Positions 26,281 through 34,911 of a DNA stretch of 35,274 bases are shown piece by piece; within the stretch, counting starts at the first letter, position 1, and each line of letters opens with the position of its first letter. This DNA comes from Candidatus Methylomirabilota bacterium (lineage in GTDB: Bacteria > Methylomirabilota > Methylomirabilia > Rokubacteriales > CSP1-6): positions 1 to 35,274 of the forward strand of contig DASYQB010000262.1 of the NCBI GenBank assembly GCA_036005985.1, in the 5' to 3' direction. The position numbers and the translations under genes were made by a program. The notes beneath the pieces were generated by a model. The model was not told the DNA's origin. It saw only the letters and a list, made by a program, of their open reading frames with translations, and did not search any database.

Positions 26281-27024
26281 GTGCGGGACTACCCGCTGCT
26301 CTTCGGTTTGGCGGCGCTCGGCCTCGTCGTCGGCTGCCAGCAGGCACCCCAACGACCGGCCGACGCGCCGCATGTTTCACGGGCCGCGGTGGCGCGAGGG
26401 ACGGCCGACCAGCTCATGGAGAGCGGCGAGTATGAGAAGGCGGCCGGCAGGTATCAGGAAGCGGTCGGCCTCGTGCCCAATGACATGGCGCTGCGCTTCG
26501 CCCTCGGCACCGCCTACTCGCACCTCGGACGACAGGCCGAGGCCGCCGAGCAGTTTCAGTGGGCGGTGAAGCGCGGCGACCCCGCCGCGGACTATTACCG
26601 GGGGGCGCGCCAGTGGCTCCTTCGCGCCGGCCTTCTTTCCGACGAGGCGGTGGCCAGCGCGTCACCGGAGACTGCCTCCGCCAGCCGGTGGTCGGCCAAA
26701 GGCAAGGTGGGCGGCCCCCTGGAGTGGCCGGGGGTGAACTCTCGCGCGTGGCTGATCAAGGTGCGCGTGACCCTCAGCGGTGACGATCAGGCCACGAGAT
26801 CGGTGAAGGTGTCGCGCCCCTTCCGGCTGGGCGAGCGATACGAGTTTCGCGATCTGACGCCGGGAAAGTATCGGCTGGTTGCCAGGGCGGAGAATGGCGC
26901 TCCCGCCGTCGAGCTATGGAATCAAGAGGTGATGATCGAGGCGGGAAAGGCCATCCAGCTCGCCCTGAGCGCCGCGAACAGCAAGGTCAGCCCAGCCCAG
27001 TTCCCCGGCGCTGCGCCGAGGTAG
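26281..27024 (+). CDS. Lipoprotein with TPR repeats and a C-terminal beta-sandwich (carboxypeptidase-regulatory-like) domain
   Basis: Lipobox LGLVVGC. TPR-like region YEKAAGRYQEAVGLVPND..LGTAYSHLGRQAEAAEQFQWAV. C-terminal RDLTPGKYRLVARAENG. The GTG start abuts the preceding TGA. Confidence 0.7.
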   Translation: MRDYPLLFGLAALGLVVGCQQAPQRPADAPHVSRAAVARGTADQLMESGEYEKAAGRYQEAVGLVPNDMALRFALGTAYSHLGRQAEAAEQFQWAVKRGDPAADYYRGARQWLLRAGLLSDEAVASASPETASASRWSAKGKVGGPLEWPGVNSRAWLIKVRVTLSGDDQATRSVKVSRPFRLGERYEFRDLTPGKYRLVARAENGAPAVELWNQEVMIEAGKAIQLALSAANSKVSPAQFPGAAPR

Positions 27025-27039
27025 CTCCCGCCGCCTCGG

Positions 27040-27435
27040 CTATTTCCTGAAGGTGAAGGCGCCCGCCCCGAGCAGGGCTTGGGCAATGGTGGCGCCGAGA
27101 AGGAACAGGACGTACTCGTACCCGTTCTTCCCGCCGAAGATGAAGAAGCCCTGGGACAGGTGCACGAACCACAGGGCCCCCGCGATGATCGGTATGTTCG
27201 CCAGCGCCGCCCATCTCACCATGATGCCGAGGATGAGCAGGAGGCCGCCCAGTCCGTGGGCGAGGATCAGATACCACACGCCGATCTCGGGCAGGGGAAT
27301 GTGGATGGCGCGCTGATAGTCGATGGCCTTGGCCGGCCCCATCACGAAGAGGGCAAGATAGGCATGCGCCATGTAGATCACGCCGAGAAAGATTCGCAGC
27401 ACCAGCGCGCCGTAGGCCTCGAGGCCTCGCCCCAC
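27040..27435 (-). CDS. DoxX-family membrane protein
   Basis: 131 aa with four hydrophobic segments. LRIFLGVIYMAHA start and a typical DoxX size and layout. Confidence 0.8.
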   Translation of the reverse strand: MGRGLEAYGALVLRIFLGVIYMAHAYLALFVMGPAKAIDYQRAIHIPLPEIGVWYLILAHGLGGLLLILGIMVRWAALANIPIIAGALWFVHLSQGFFIFGGKNGYEYVLFLLGATIAQALLGAGAFTFRK

Positions 27436-27463
27436 CGTCAGCCCTCCTTGTCGAGACGGGTCC

Positions 27464-28135
27464 TCACGGCTTCCGGAAGAAGATCTCGCCGATGAAGGCC
27501 TCGGCCCGCGATTTCGTGTCGTCGGAGTCGATGCCGAGGGACAACGCCTCCACCTTCTCGTTGGGGTCCTCGCCGTAGATCTTCTTGTAGTCTTCGCAGA
27601 CGTTGCGGGATTCTGTGAGCCACTTGCCCAAGTCCGCCTCGCCCGAGCGCATCACCACGTAGGTGACGAGCCCCGTCTTCTGGCTCTTGAACGTGAGGCC
27701 GGCGGGCGCCGTGGTGTCCCAGATGTAGCCGATCACCCGCGAGCGCACGGCGGCCGGGAAGCGGGGGAAGGTGACGTAGACCTGGGCCGCCTCGTCGTCC
27801 GTCTCCTTCTTGCGAGCGTCGGCGCCCTTGGGCAGGGCCATCACCTTCCAGCTCCACTGGAGGATCGGATAGTCCTTGCAGTCGATCTTGATTTCCTTGT
27901 TGATGGTGGAGCTGTCACCCTCGCTGAGCAGGCGAAGGACATGCGCCGAGCCTTCCCCCACCACCTCGAAATCGTACTTGGGACTGCCCCAGCTCTGCGC
28001 GCGCCAGCCGGGAGGGACGCCCTTGGTGCCCACGGGGACCTTCGACCAGTCCTCCACGAGAAACCGGGGACCTTGCGCGGACACGAGGGAGGCGCTGGCC
28101 GCGAGCAGGAGCAGCGTGAGCCAGCCTCGTCGCAT
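27464..28135 (-). CDS. Secreted DUF3047-family protein
   Basis: Signal peptide MRRGWLTLLLLAASASLVSA. The body has a YPILQWSWKV...DDEAAQVYVTF pattern that I associate with DUF3047. ATG 28135 is preceded by GAGGAGG. Confidence 0.7.
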   Translation of the reverse strand: MRRGWLTLLLLAASASLVSAQGPRFLVEDWSKVPVGTKGVPPGWRAQSWGSPKYDFEVVGEGSAHVLRLLSEGDSSTINKEIKIDCKDYPILQWSWKVMALPKGADARKKETDDEAAQVYVTFPRFPAAVRSRVIGYIWDTTAPAGLTFKSQKTGLVTYVVMRSGEADLGKWLTESRNVCEDYKKIYGEDPNEKVEALSLGIDSDDTKSRAEAFIGEIFFRKP

Positions 28136-28295
28136 CGTGTCCCCGCCTCCTCTGGACGCAGCATCGATTCGTCCCTCGATCGTGGCCACGAGTTTCTCAT
28201 GGCCCGCAGCAGCCGCCAAATTGCCGACATTCCCGCGTGATGGTCGACGTCCGCCCGCGAGTATAGCCCAGGCCCTGTGCTACCGTATGCGCGTC

Positions 28296-28661
28296 ATGGC
28301 CGATATGCGCCTCGACAAATGGCTGTGGGCCGCACGCTTCTTCAAGAGCCGGACGCTGGCCGCCACGGCCTGCGACGGCGGCAAGGTGGATCTGAACGAG
28401 CAGGCGGCCAAGCCGTCTCGCGCCGTGCGCCCCGGCGATCTGCTGCGGATCACGTTGCCGCGCGGGAAAAGGATCGTGCGTGTCGCGCTGCTCTCGGAGC
28501 GCCGGGGACCGGGAGCCCAGGCCGCCCTGCTCTACGAAGATCTCACTCCGCCTCCGCCGCCTCGCGAAGCGCGCGTGTTGCCGCCGGTCATCCGGCCCCG
28601 CGGGCTCGGCAGACCGACCAAGCGGGAGCGCCGGCTCATCGATCAGCTGGGCCGCTCCTGA
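28296..28661 (+). CDS. RNA-binding S4-domain protein (Hsp15/HslR-like)
   Basis: MRLDKWLWAARFFKSR..A......GKV.LN....KPSR.V..GD.L is the Hsp15-type S4 motif. Basic and Pro-rich tail. ATG 28287 is an alternative start. Confidence 0.85.
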   Translation: MADMRLDKWLWAARFFKSRTLAATACDGGKVDLNEQAAKPSRAVRPGDLLRITLPRGKRIVRVALLSERRGPGAQAALLYEDLTPPPPPREARVLPPVIRPRGLGRPTKRERRLIDQLGRS

Positions 28662-28687
28662 GCCCTTTCCGCCTGAGCCCTTTCCGG
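28658..28687 (+). repeat. Tandem 15-bp direct repeat x2
   Basis: CTGAGCCCTTTCCGC (28658-28672) and CTGAGCCCTTTCCGG (28673-28687) are identical at 14 of 15 positions. The repeat starts at the stop codon of the S4 gene. Confidence 0.8.
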
Positions 28688-28716
28688 TTGTCGCCTCTCC
28701 GCCTTCTGCGTAGAAT
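28688..28716 (+). promoter_or_regulatory. Putative sigma-70 promoter (TTGTCG-N17-TAGAAT)
   Basis: TTGTCG at 28688-28693, a 17-nt spacer, then TAGAAT at 28711-28716. The -10 element lies 39 nt upstream of ATG 28756, which has a GAGGGAG ribosome-binding site. Confidence 0.3.
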
Positions 28717-28755
28717 CGCCACCGCGCTGTCCCACGCCAACTGTGAGGGAGACCC

Positions 28756-29214
28756 ATGCGACATGGATTCGGCTTACTCGCTGTGCGCGCCGCCGCGGTG
28801 GCCGGGCTGGCCGCGATCGTGGTCCTGACCCAGGCCTGCTCGTTTTCCGCCAGCTCGAAAGGGTCGTCCAACAGCTCCGAGTCGTCGTCCGACTCCTCGG
28901 CGAGCAGCTCGCGCTCGAGCTCACCGGAGAGCGCGGAGTCGCAATACAAGAGCGACGTGCGCGAGTACACCGCCGCCTACATGAAGACCGGCGGACAGTT
29001 CGACGCATTCCGACGCGGCATCGGCGACATTGCCAGGAAGCACAACATCACGAACTGGGAAGACCATCCCGTGACCTACGAGGGCATAGGTCAGGGGCTG
29101 GGGGAGGGGGGAGCGACCGAGCTCCAGCTCAAGGCGTATATGGACGGTCTGGCCGGGCAGGATGCGGGGAAGCGCGCGGCGATGCAGAAGGGCTACGACG
29201 CCAAGAAGAAGTAG
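28756..29214 (+). CDS. Lipoprotein with a Ser-rich linker, unknown function
   Basis: Lipobox VVLTQAC. Linker SSKGSSNSSESSSDSSASSSRSSSPES. A ~95-aa helical-looking C-terminal domain. No family recognised. Confidence 0.6.
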   Translation: MRHGFGLLAVRAAAVAGLAAIVVLTQACSFSASSKGSSNSSESSSDSSASSSRSSSPESAESQYKSDVREYTAAYMKTGGQFDAFRRGIGDIARKHNITNWEDHPVTYEGIGQGLGEGGATELQLKAYMDGLAGQDAGKRAAMQKGYDAKKK

Positions 29215-29215
29215 C

Positions 29216-31111
29216 ATGCGAAAGCTCGGGCGGCTGCTCTGGCTTGGCGTGATGCTCGTGGCGGGCCTCCGGCATCCGGCCGCCGCGGAGACCGCGGCGG
29301 GCGTCGAATATCTCTACGTAGAGTCCAATGAGGGCGGCTCGAGCGGCGGCCATGTCGCCCTTCGCGTGGGCGATGACGTCTTTCACTTCGAGCATCGCTC
29401 TCCCGGCGTCCTCGTCCTGGGCCGGGACGACTTCGACCACTTCCGGTACCGGTACAGCGTCCTCGAAAATCGCACCATACACGTGAGCCGCCTCGCGGTG
29501 AGCGGGGAGACCGCTGGTCTCCTCGCCGATCGCTTCAGGCGCCGGCACTTCCTCCAGCGCCGCCACCTCGACGCGATCGAAAGCCTGCGCGCGGACCGGA
29601 CGACCCTCGAGGAGATGCTGTCGGACGGCATCGTCCTCGAGGCCGCGGGCTATTTTCTCTCCGACCATGGGCTCGCACCGAAGCCGGCGCCCCTCACCGA
29701 GGACCCGGACCTCGCGGATCTTCGCTCACGGGTCGCCCTCGCTCACGGGGCCGACTTCCTCGAGCGCAGGACGAGGAGCCTCCGGGCCGCCCTCGCCGCG
29801 CTCGACCCGCTCGTGATGGACCTGCCCGAGCTTCCCACCGCCGAGATGCCGCCTGCACCCGCCTATAGTTTTCCTCAGCGCTATCGGGATCTGATGGGAG
29901 CGCTCGCGTCGCTCGAGGTCCTGCGCGACGCTCGCCCGCTGGTATCGGGATCCCTGCGCCAGCGCGCCTCCGACGACCTCGTGTTCACCGAGGCGGATTC
30001 TCTCGCTGCCCGCCAGCTCTCCGATGCCCTCGCGGCGGCGCTCGTCCGCCTTGTCGCATCCGACCGCCCGGACGGAGGCGTGGCGCTCATGGTCGGCATG
30101 GCCAGGCTGGCCGCCCTCGGAGCTAGCCGGCGCCAGGAGCGCTGGGTCGTCGTCGATCTCTTTCCTTCCGAGATCACGCCCGTTCCCCGGCGTGGGCTGG
30201 CGGTGGGGCCCGAGCAGGCCGCGGTCCTCCTCGAGGACACCAGCGAGGAGCTTGCCCGCACCCGGGAGCGGCTCCTGCGTCGCTCCGAGGACGGCAGTTT
30301 CCCCGAGGCCGAATTCGCGAGCTTCGAGGCCGCGGCCAACCGCTCGGACGAGCTCCGCCTCGCTCTCGCGGCGCAGCGTGAGCGTCGCGTCCTCAAGATC
30401 CCGCTCGTCCCGTCTCGGCCCGCCCGTCTGGGCGTTGCGGGAATGGACCGTCAGGCCCTGCTCCACGGCCTCGAAGCCGTCCACGAGCGGGAAGAGGCCT
30501 TCGCGGTCGGGTTCAAGCGGCGATGGGGATACAACCTGGTCACCCGCAACTGCGTCTCGGAGGTCTTCAGCGAGATCGACGCGGCCTTCGAGGGAGGCGC
30601 CCAGGAATCGGAGCGGCGCATGGGCGGACGTCTTCGCATGGACGGCTCGCTCAACTTCATTCCCGCCGTCTCCGCGGCGGCCGTCGAGACCTCGTATCCG
30701 GTGACGGAGCGGCTCCAGCTCACGTCGTACCGTCGGGCCCGGGTCGACGAGATGTACCGCCAGGAGAACCCCGTCACCGTCTTCCTGCGGGAATCGAACA
30801 CGCTGACCTCGGCCATATACCGGCGCAACGCGGACGACTCCATCTTCGTGTTCTTCACGGACGACGCGGTGGTGGCCCGGCCGTTCTTCGGCGCGGTCAA
30901 CCTCGTGGTGGGAATCGCCGCGAGCGCCGTGGGGCTGGTCGCCCTGCCCGCGGACGGAGGCGCCACGCTGTGGGCGGGTCTGAAGGGAGCGCTGTTCAGC
31001 CTGCCCGAGCTCTTCTTCCAGAACATCCGCAAGGGCTCCTTCGAGCACGTCAGGCGGGAAGGCTTTCCGGAGCCCGTGACCCGCCGCGCGGAGGCGCCCG
31101 GCGGCGGTTGA
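29216..31111 (+). CDS. Large exported/membrane-anchored protein of unknown function (possible distant DUF4105/Lnb-periplasmic-domain-like motifs)
   Basis: 631 aa. Signal peptide ending in AAAE. GGHVALRVGDDVFHFEH near the N-terminus and YNLVTRNCVSEVF about 420 aa later. C-terminal hydrophobic helix FFGAVNLVVGIAASAVGLVAL. The start lies 1 nt after the lipoprotein stop. Confidence 0.6.
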   Translation: MRKLGRLLWLGVMLVAGLRHPAAAETAAGVEYLYVESNEGGSSGGHVALRVGDDVFHFEHRSPGVLVLGRDDFDHFRYRYSVLENRTIHVSRLAVSGETAGLLADRFRRRHFLQRRHLDAIESLRADRTTLEEMLSDGIVLEAAGYFLSDHGLAPKPAPLTEDPDLADLRSRVALAHGADFLERRTRSLRAALAALDPLVMDLPELPTAEMPPAPAYSFPQRYRDLMGALASLEVLRDARPLVSGSLRQRASDDLVFTEADSLAARQLSDALAAALVRLVASDRPDGGVALMVGMARLAALGASRRQERWVVVDLFPSEITPVPRRGLAVGPEQAAVLLEDTSEELARTRERLLRRSEDGSFPEAEFASFEAAANRSDELRLALAAQRERRVLKIPLVPSRPARLGVAGMDRQALLHGLEAVHEREEAFAVGFKRRWGYNLVTRNCVSEVFSEIDAAFEGGAQESERRMGGRLRMDGSLNFIPAVSAAAVETSYPVTERLQLTSYRRARVDEMYRQENPVTVFLRESNTLTSAIYRRNADDSIFVFFTDDAVVARPFFGAVNLVVGIAASAVGLVALPADGGATLWAGLKGALFSLPELFFQNIRKGSFEHVRREGFPEPVTRRAEAPGGG

Positions 31112-31149
31112 CCAGCCGTACCGCCTTCTGTTACCGTCACCGCGCCAAT

Positions 31150-31318
31150 GGTGTCGGGCGGCCCGCCGAGGAGCGGGCCCCAGGGAAGGCGGTGCAAATC
31201 CGCCGCGACCGCGTCACTGTGATCGGGGACGAAACCCACAGAGAGCCACTGGCCCGTCAGGGCCGGGAAGGCGTGGGGAGTAGGACGATCCGAAAGTCAG
31301 GAGACCTGCCCGCACACC
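31150..31318 (+). promoter_or_regulatory. Cobalamin (B12) riboswitch
   Basis: Conserved core read directly from the sequence: GGGAAGGCGGTGCAAATCCGCCGCGACCGCGTCACTGT...GAAA...GCCACTGG...GGCCGGGAAGGC...AAGTCAGGAGACCTGCC (B12 box). P1 pairing of GGTGTCGGGC (31150-) with GCCCGCACACC (-31318). GGAGGA at 31341-31346 and the cobU GTG at 31352 follow. Confidence 0.9.
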
Positions 31319-31351
31319 GTCACTCCAACCGGTCTTCGCTGGAGGACCCGG

Positions 31352-31933
31352 GTGAGCTTCGTCCCTCAATCAGATCTCATCCTGGGCGGCGTCCGTAGCG
31401 GCAAGAGCCGCGAGGCCCTGCGCGTGGCCGCCTTGCTGCCCCCAGGTTTCCGGGGCTGCTTTCTCGCCACCGCCCAGGCCCTCGACGCGGACATGCAGGC
31501 ACGGATCGCGCGTCACCAGGTCGAGCGGCCCCCGGGCTGGACAACGGTAGAGGAGCCATACGACATCGCGGGAGCGTGCGAGAAATTGGCCGGCCGCTGC
31601 GATGTCATCGTCATCGATTGCCTCACCCTCTGGGTCTCCAACCTTCTCCTGCGGGGCGACAAGGACGCAGCCATTCTCGATGCCGCTGACAACCTCGCGC
31701 GCCATGCCGGCCTTCGCCGCCTCAGCCTCATCATGGTCTCGAACGAGGTCGGCGCGGGGGTGCACCCTCCGACGCAGATAGGGCTGCGGTTTCGGGACGT
31801 GCTGGGCGAGGTAAACCAGCGGCTCGCCGCCGCCTCGGATCGGGTCACCTACATGATGGCCGGCATCCCCATGGTGATCAAGAACGTTCCACTACCAAAG
31901 GACTTACGTGATCGACCTTTCGAGTCTCCTTGA
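31352..31933 (+). CDS. cobU: Bifunctional adenosylcobinamide kinase / adenosylcobinamide-phosphate guanylyltransferase
   Basis: P-loop LILGGVRSGKS, IDCLT.W..N and VSNEVG.G..P motifs. GTG start. Confidence 0.85.
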   Translation: MSFVPQSDLILGGVRSGKSREALRVAALLPPGFRGCFLATAQALDADMQARIARHQVERPPGWTTVEEPYDIAGACEKLAGRCDVIVIDCLTLWVSNLLLRGDKDAAILDAADNLARHAGLRRLSLIMVSNEVGAGVHPPTQIGLRFRDVLGEVNQRLAAASDRVTYMMAGIPMVIKNVPLPKDLRDRPFESP

Positions 31934-32966
31934 CCGCATCGGCATCCCGCAAGGCTCGGCGGGTTTCGAGACGCAGCAGGCGCTCGACCACCTGACCAAG
32001 CCGCCGGGAAGCCTCGGTCGCCTCGAAGAGCTGGCACGGCGCCTCGCCGAGATCTCGGGCCGTTTCCCGCCGCGAGTCGACCAAGCCGTCATCTTCACTC
32101 TCGCGGCCGATCACGGCGTGACCGGTGAAGGGGTGAGCGCCTATCCGCAGATCGTGACCGCCCAGATGGTGGAGAACCTGCTGCGAGGCGGCGCGGCCGT
32201 CAATGTCCTGGCCCGCCATGTCGGCGCGAAGGTCGTGGTCGTCGACATGGGAGTGGCCGCGCCGCTTCCCACCCACGCCGGGCTCCTCTCGCGCAGGATC
32301 GCTTCCGGCACCCAGAACATGGCAAACGGACCGGCCATGACGCGCGGCCAGGCGGTGGCTGCCATCGAGGCGGGGGCGGACCTGGTCGAAGCCGAGCGCG
32401 GCCACGGTCTCGACCTGATCGGCACGGGCGAGATGGGCATCGGCAATAGCACCGCGGCCAGCGCCGTGGTCGCCGCCCTCACCGGAGCGGGCGCGGAGGC
32501 CGTGACGGGCACGGGCACCGGCGTGGACGAGGAGGGGCGCCGGCGCAAGGTAACAGTGATCGAGCGGGCCCTCGCGACGAACCGCCCGGAGCTATCCGAC
32601 GGTATCGACGTGCTCGCCAAGGTGGGCGGATTCGAGATCGCGGGACTGTGTGGCGTCATCCTGGCCGGCGCCGCCGCCCGCATTCCTGTCGTGGTCGACG
32701 GCTTCATCGCGGGGGCGGCGGCCCTCGCCGCCGTGCGCATCAAGGCGGAGGCGCGCCACTACCTCCTCGCCTCCCATCGCTCCCCCGAGCCCGGGGCCGG
32801 GCACGTTCTCGAGGCGCTCGGTCTCGATCCCTACCTCGACCTCGGTATGCGCCTGGGCGAAGGCACAGGGGCCGCGCTCTGCATCGGTCTCGCCCAGGCC
32901 GCGGTGAAGATCCTCGGCGAGATGGCGACCTTCAAATCCGCCGGCGTGACGGACCGCTCGGCGTGA
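31908..32966 (+). CDS. cobT: Nicotinate-nucleotide--dimethylbenzimidazole phosphoribosyltransferase
   Basis: LTKPPGSLGRLEELA, AADHGV, GEMGIGNST and LGEGTGA motifs. GTG 31908 overlaps cobU by 26 nt. Confidence 0.9.
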   Translation: MIDLSSLLDRIGIPQGSAGFETQQALDHLTKPPGSLGRLEELARRLAEISGRFPPRVDQAVIFTLAADHGVTGEGVSAYPQIVTAQMVENLLRGGAAVNVLARHVGAKVVVVDMGVAAPLPTHAGLLSRRIASGTQNMANGPAMTRGQAVAAIEAGADLVEAERGHGLDLIGTGEMGIGNSTAASAVVAALTGAGAEAVTGTGTGVDEEGRRRKVTVIERALATNRPELSDGIDVLAKVGGFEIAGLCGVILAGAAARIPVVVDGFIAGAAALAAVRIKAEARHYLLASHRSPEPGAGHVLEALGLDPYLDLGMRLGEGTGAALCIGLAQAAVKILGEMATFKSAGVTDRSA

Positions 32967-33895
32967 CCGCCGTCCTCCGCACCCTCGCGCTGATCGCGCT
33001 CCTTCTTCCCGCGAGCGCATGGGCCCTCACCGTCGTGGACCAGACGGGGCGCACGCTGACCCTGCCCGCTCCACCGCGGCGCATCGTGTCGCTCGTGCCG
33101 AGCGTGACCGAGGTCCTCTACGCCATCGGCGCCGAGAGCGTCCTCGTGGGTGTCACCGACTTCTGCGACTATCCGCCTGAAGCCACGCGCAAGCCCCACG
33201 TGGGCGGCATGCTGTCCCCGAACCTCGAGACCCTCGTTACGCTCAAGCCCGACCTGGTGGTGGCCACGCGCTCTGGCAATACCGAGGAAACGTTCGACCA
33301 GTTGAAGCGGCTCGGCCTCCCCGTCTATCTCGTCGACCCGGCCACGGTGTCCGACGTGCTCCGGCTCGTCTCGGATCTCGGTCAGCTGACCGGGCATCGC
33401 GACGGCGCGGCCGCGGTGGACAAGGACATCGAGCGGCGCATCGCGGCCGTGCGCGAGCGCGTGGCGGGGCGCCCCCTCCCGCGCGTGCTCTACGTGCTCT
33501 GGCCCGAGCCCCTCATCGTGCCCGGCAAAGGCGCCCTCGTCTCGGAGCTGATCGCCCTTGCCGGAGGAGCGTCGGTGACCGCCGATCAGGGTCAGGGCTA
33601 TCCACGGATGAGTCTGGAGGCCGCGGTGGGGAGAGCGCCCGAGGTCATCATCCTCGCGAGCCACGGCTCGAAAGGCGGACCCGCCGCCCGCCAGCGGTGG
33701 GAGCGTCTCCAGAGCCTGCCTGCCATCAAGAGCGGGCGCCTCTACACGGCCGACGGCGATCTCATGCACCGCTACGGTCCACGCTTCGTGGTGGGCCTGG
33801 AGTCCCTCGCGCGCTTTATTCATCCGGAAGCCTTCGGGCATCCGGAGGCGCTCGCGCCTCCGGATGATCCAAAGCGCGCCGGAGCGCCCAGATGA
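32963..33895 (+). CDS. btuF: Periplasmic corrinoid/siderophore-type ABC substrate-binding protein (BtuF-like)
   Basis: Signal peptide LALIALLLPASAWA. RIVSL.PS.TE.L.A.G, P...E.L..LKPDLV and the layout typical of cluster A (PF01497-like) binding proteins. A GTGA overlap joins it to cobT. Confidence 0.8.
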   Translation: MTAVLRTLALIALLLPASAWALTVVDQTGRTLTLPAPPRRIVSLVPSVTEVLYAIGAESVLVGVTDFCDYPPEATRKPHVGGMLSPNLETLVTLKPDLVVATRSGNTEETFDQLKRLGLPVYLVDPATVSDVLRLVSDLGQLTGHRDGAAAVDKDIERRIAAVRERVAGRPLPRVLYVLWPEPLIVPGKGALVSELIALAGGASVTADQGQGYPRMSLEAAVGRAPEVIILASHGSKGGPAARQRWERLQSLPAIKSGRLYTADGDLMHRYGPRFVVGLESLARFIHPEAFGHPEALAPPDDPKRAGAPR

Positions 33896-34911
33896 CGGGC
33901 GGGCTCAGGCTCGCGTGGATTTGCGCCGGTCTCGCCCTCCTCCTCGCCGTCGTCGCGGCAGCCTCACTGTTGATCGGCGCCGCCTCCGTCTCCCCGGGAG
34001 CCGTGCTCGAGCTCATCACCGGCCGCGGCCCGAGCGCGGGCACGGATCGCACTGTGGTGCTGAGCATCAGGCTGCCGCGCATCGCGGCCGCGATGCTGGC
34101 GGGGGGAGCGCTCGCGGTGGCCGGCGCGGGCTTCCAGGCCCTCACGCGCAATCCGCTGGCCGAGCCGTCCATACTCGGCGTCTCGGGAGGCGCGGCCTTC
34201 GGAGTCGTCCTCGCGCAGGTGTCGGGTCTCGGGCAAGGGGTGGTGGAAGCACTCGGGCTCACGGCCTTCGGCTTCGCGGGCGCGGTGGCGGCGGGAATCG
34301 CCGTCTATCTGATCGCGTCGAGCTCGGTGGGACTGCCCGTGCATACGCTGCTGCTCGCCGGCGTCATCGTCGGCATCTTCTTCTCCGCCGCCATCACCGT
34401 GCTGATCTCGATCGTGGACGCCAACCGCCTGGGCGGGGTGATCCACTGGCTGCTCGGGAGCGTCGCGCCCATTCCGCCGAGCCAGCTCGCCATCTTCACC
34501 GTGGCCACCGCGGTGGGAGTCTGGCTCGTTCTCGGCCAGGCCCGCGCCCTCAACCTCCTCGCTCTCGGCGAAGAGGCGGCGACCGAGCTCGGCGTGAATG
34601 CCCTCGCCGTCAAGCGCCGGATCTTTTTCGGGGCGGCCTTGCTCACGGGCACGGTGGTGGCCTTCGTGGGGCCCATCGGCTTCGTCGGCCTCATCGTGCC
34701 TCAGGTGTTCCGGATGCTCCTCGGGCCGGACAATCGCGTGCTCGTGCCCGCCGCGCTCCTCGGGGGAGGGGCATTCCTCCTCGTCGCCGATACCCTGGCG
34801 CGCACAGTGGTGGCGCCCGCCGAGCTGTCGGTGGGCGTGCTGACCTCCTTCTGCGGGGCGCCGTTCTTCATCTGGCTCCTGCGCTCCCGCGTGGCCAGGG
34901 GCGCGCCGTGA
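33892..34911 (+). CDS. btuC: FecCD-family ABC permease (BtuC-like)
   Basis: 339 aa and polytopic. R.PR......GA.LA.AG...Q...RNPLA.P..LG.S.GA motif. ATGA overlap. Confidence 0.85.
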   Translation: MTGGLRLAWICAGLALLLAVVAAASLLIGAASVSPGAVLELITGRGPSAGTDRTVVLSIRLPRIAAAMLAGGALAVAGAGFQALTRNPLAEPSILGVSGGAAFGVVLAQVSGLGQGVVEALGLTAFGFAGAVAAGIAVYLIASSSVGLPVHTLLLAGVIVGIFFSAAITVLISIVDANRLGGVIHWLLGSVAPIPPSQLAIFTVATAVGVWLVLGQARALNLLALGEEAATELGVNALAVKRRIFFGAALLTGTVVAFVGPIGFVGLIVPQVFRMLLGPDNRVLVPAALLGGGAFLLVADTLARTVVAPAELSVGVLTSFCGAPFFIWLLRSRVARGAP

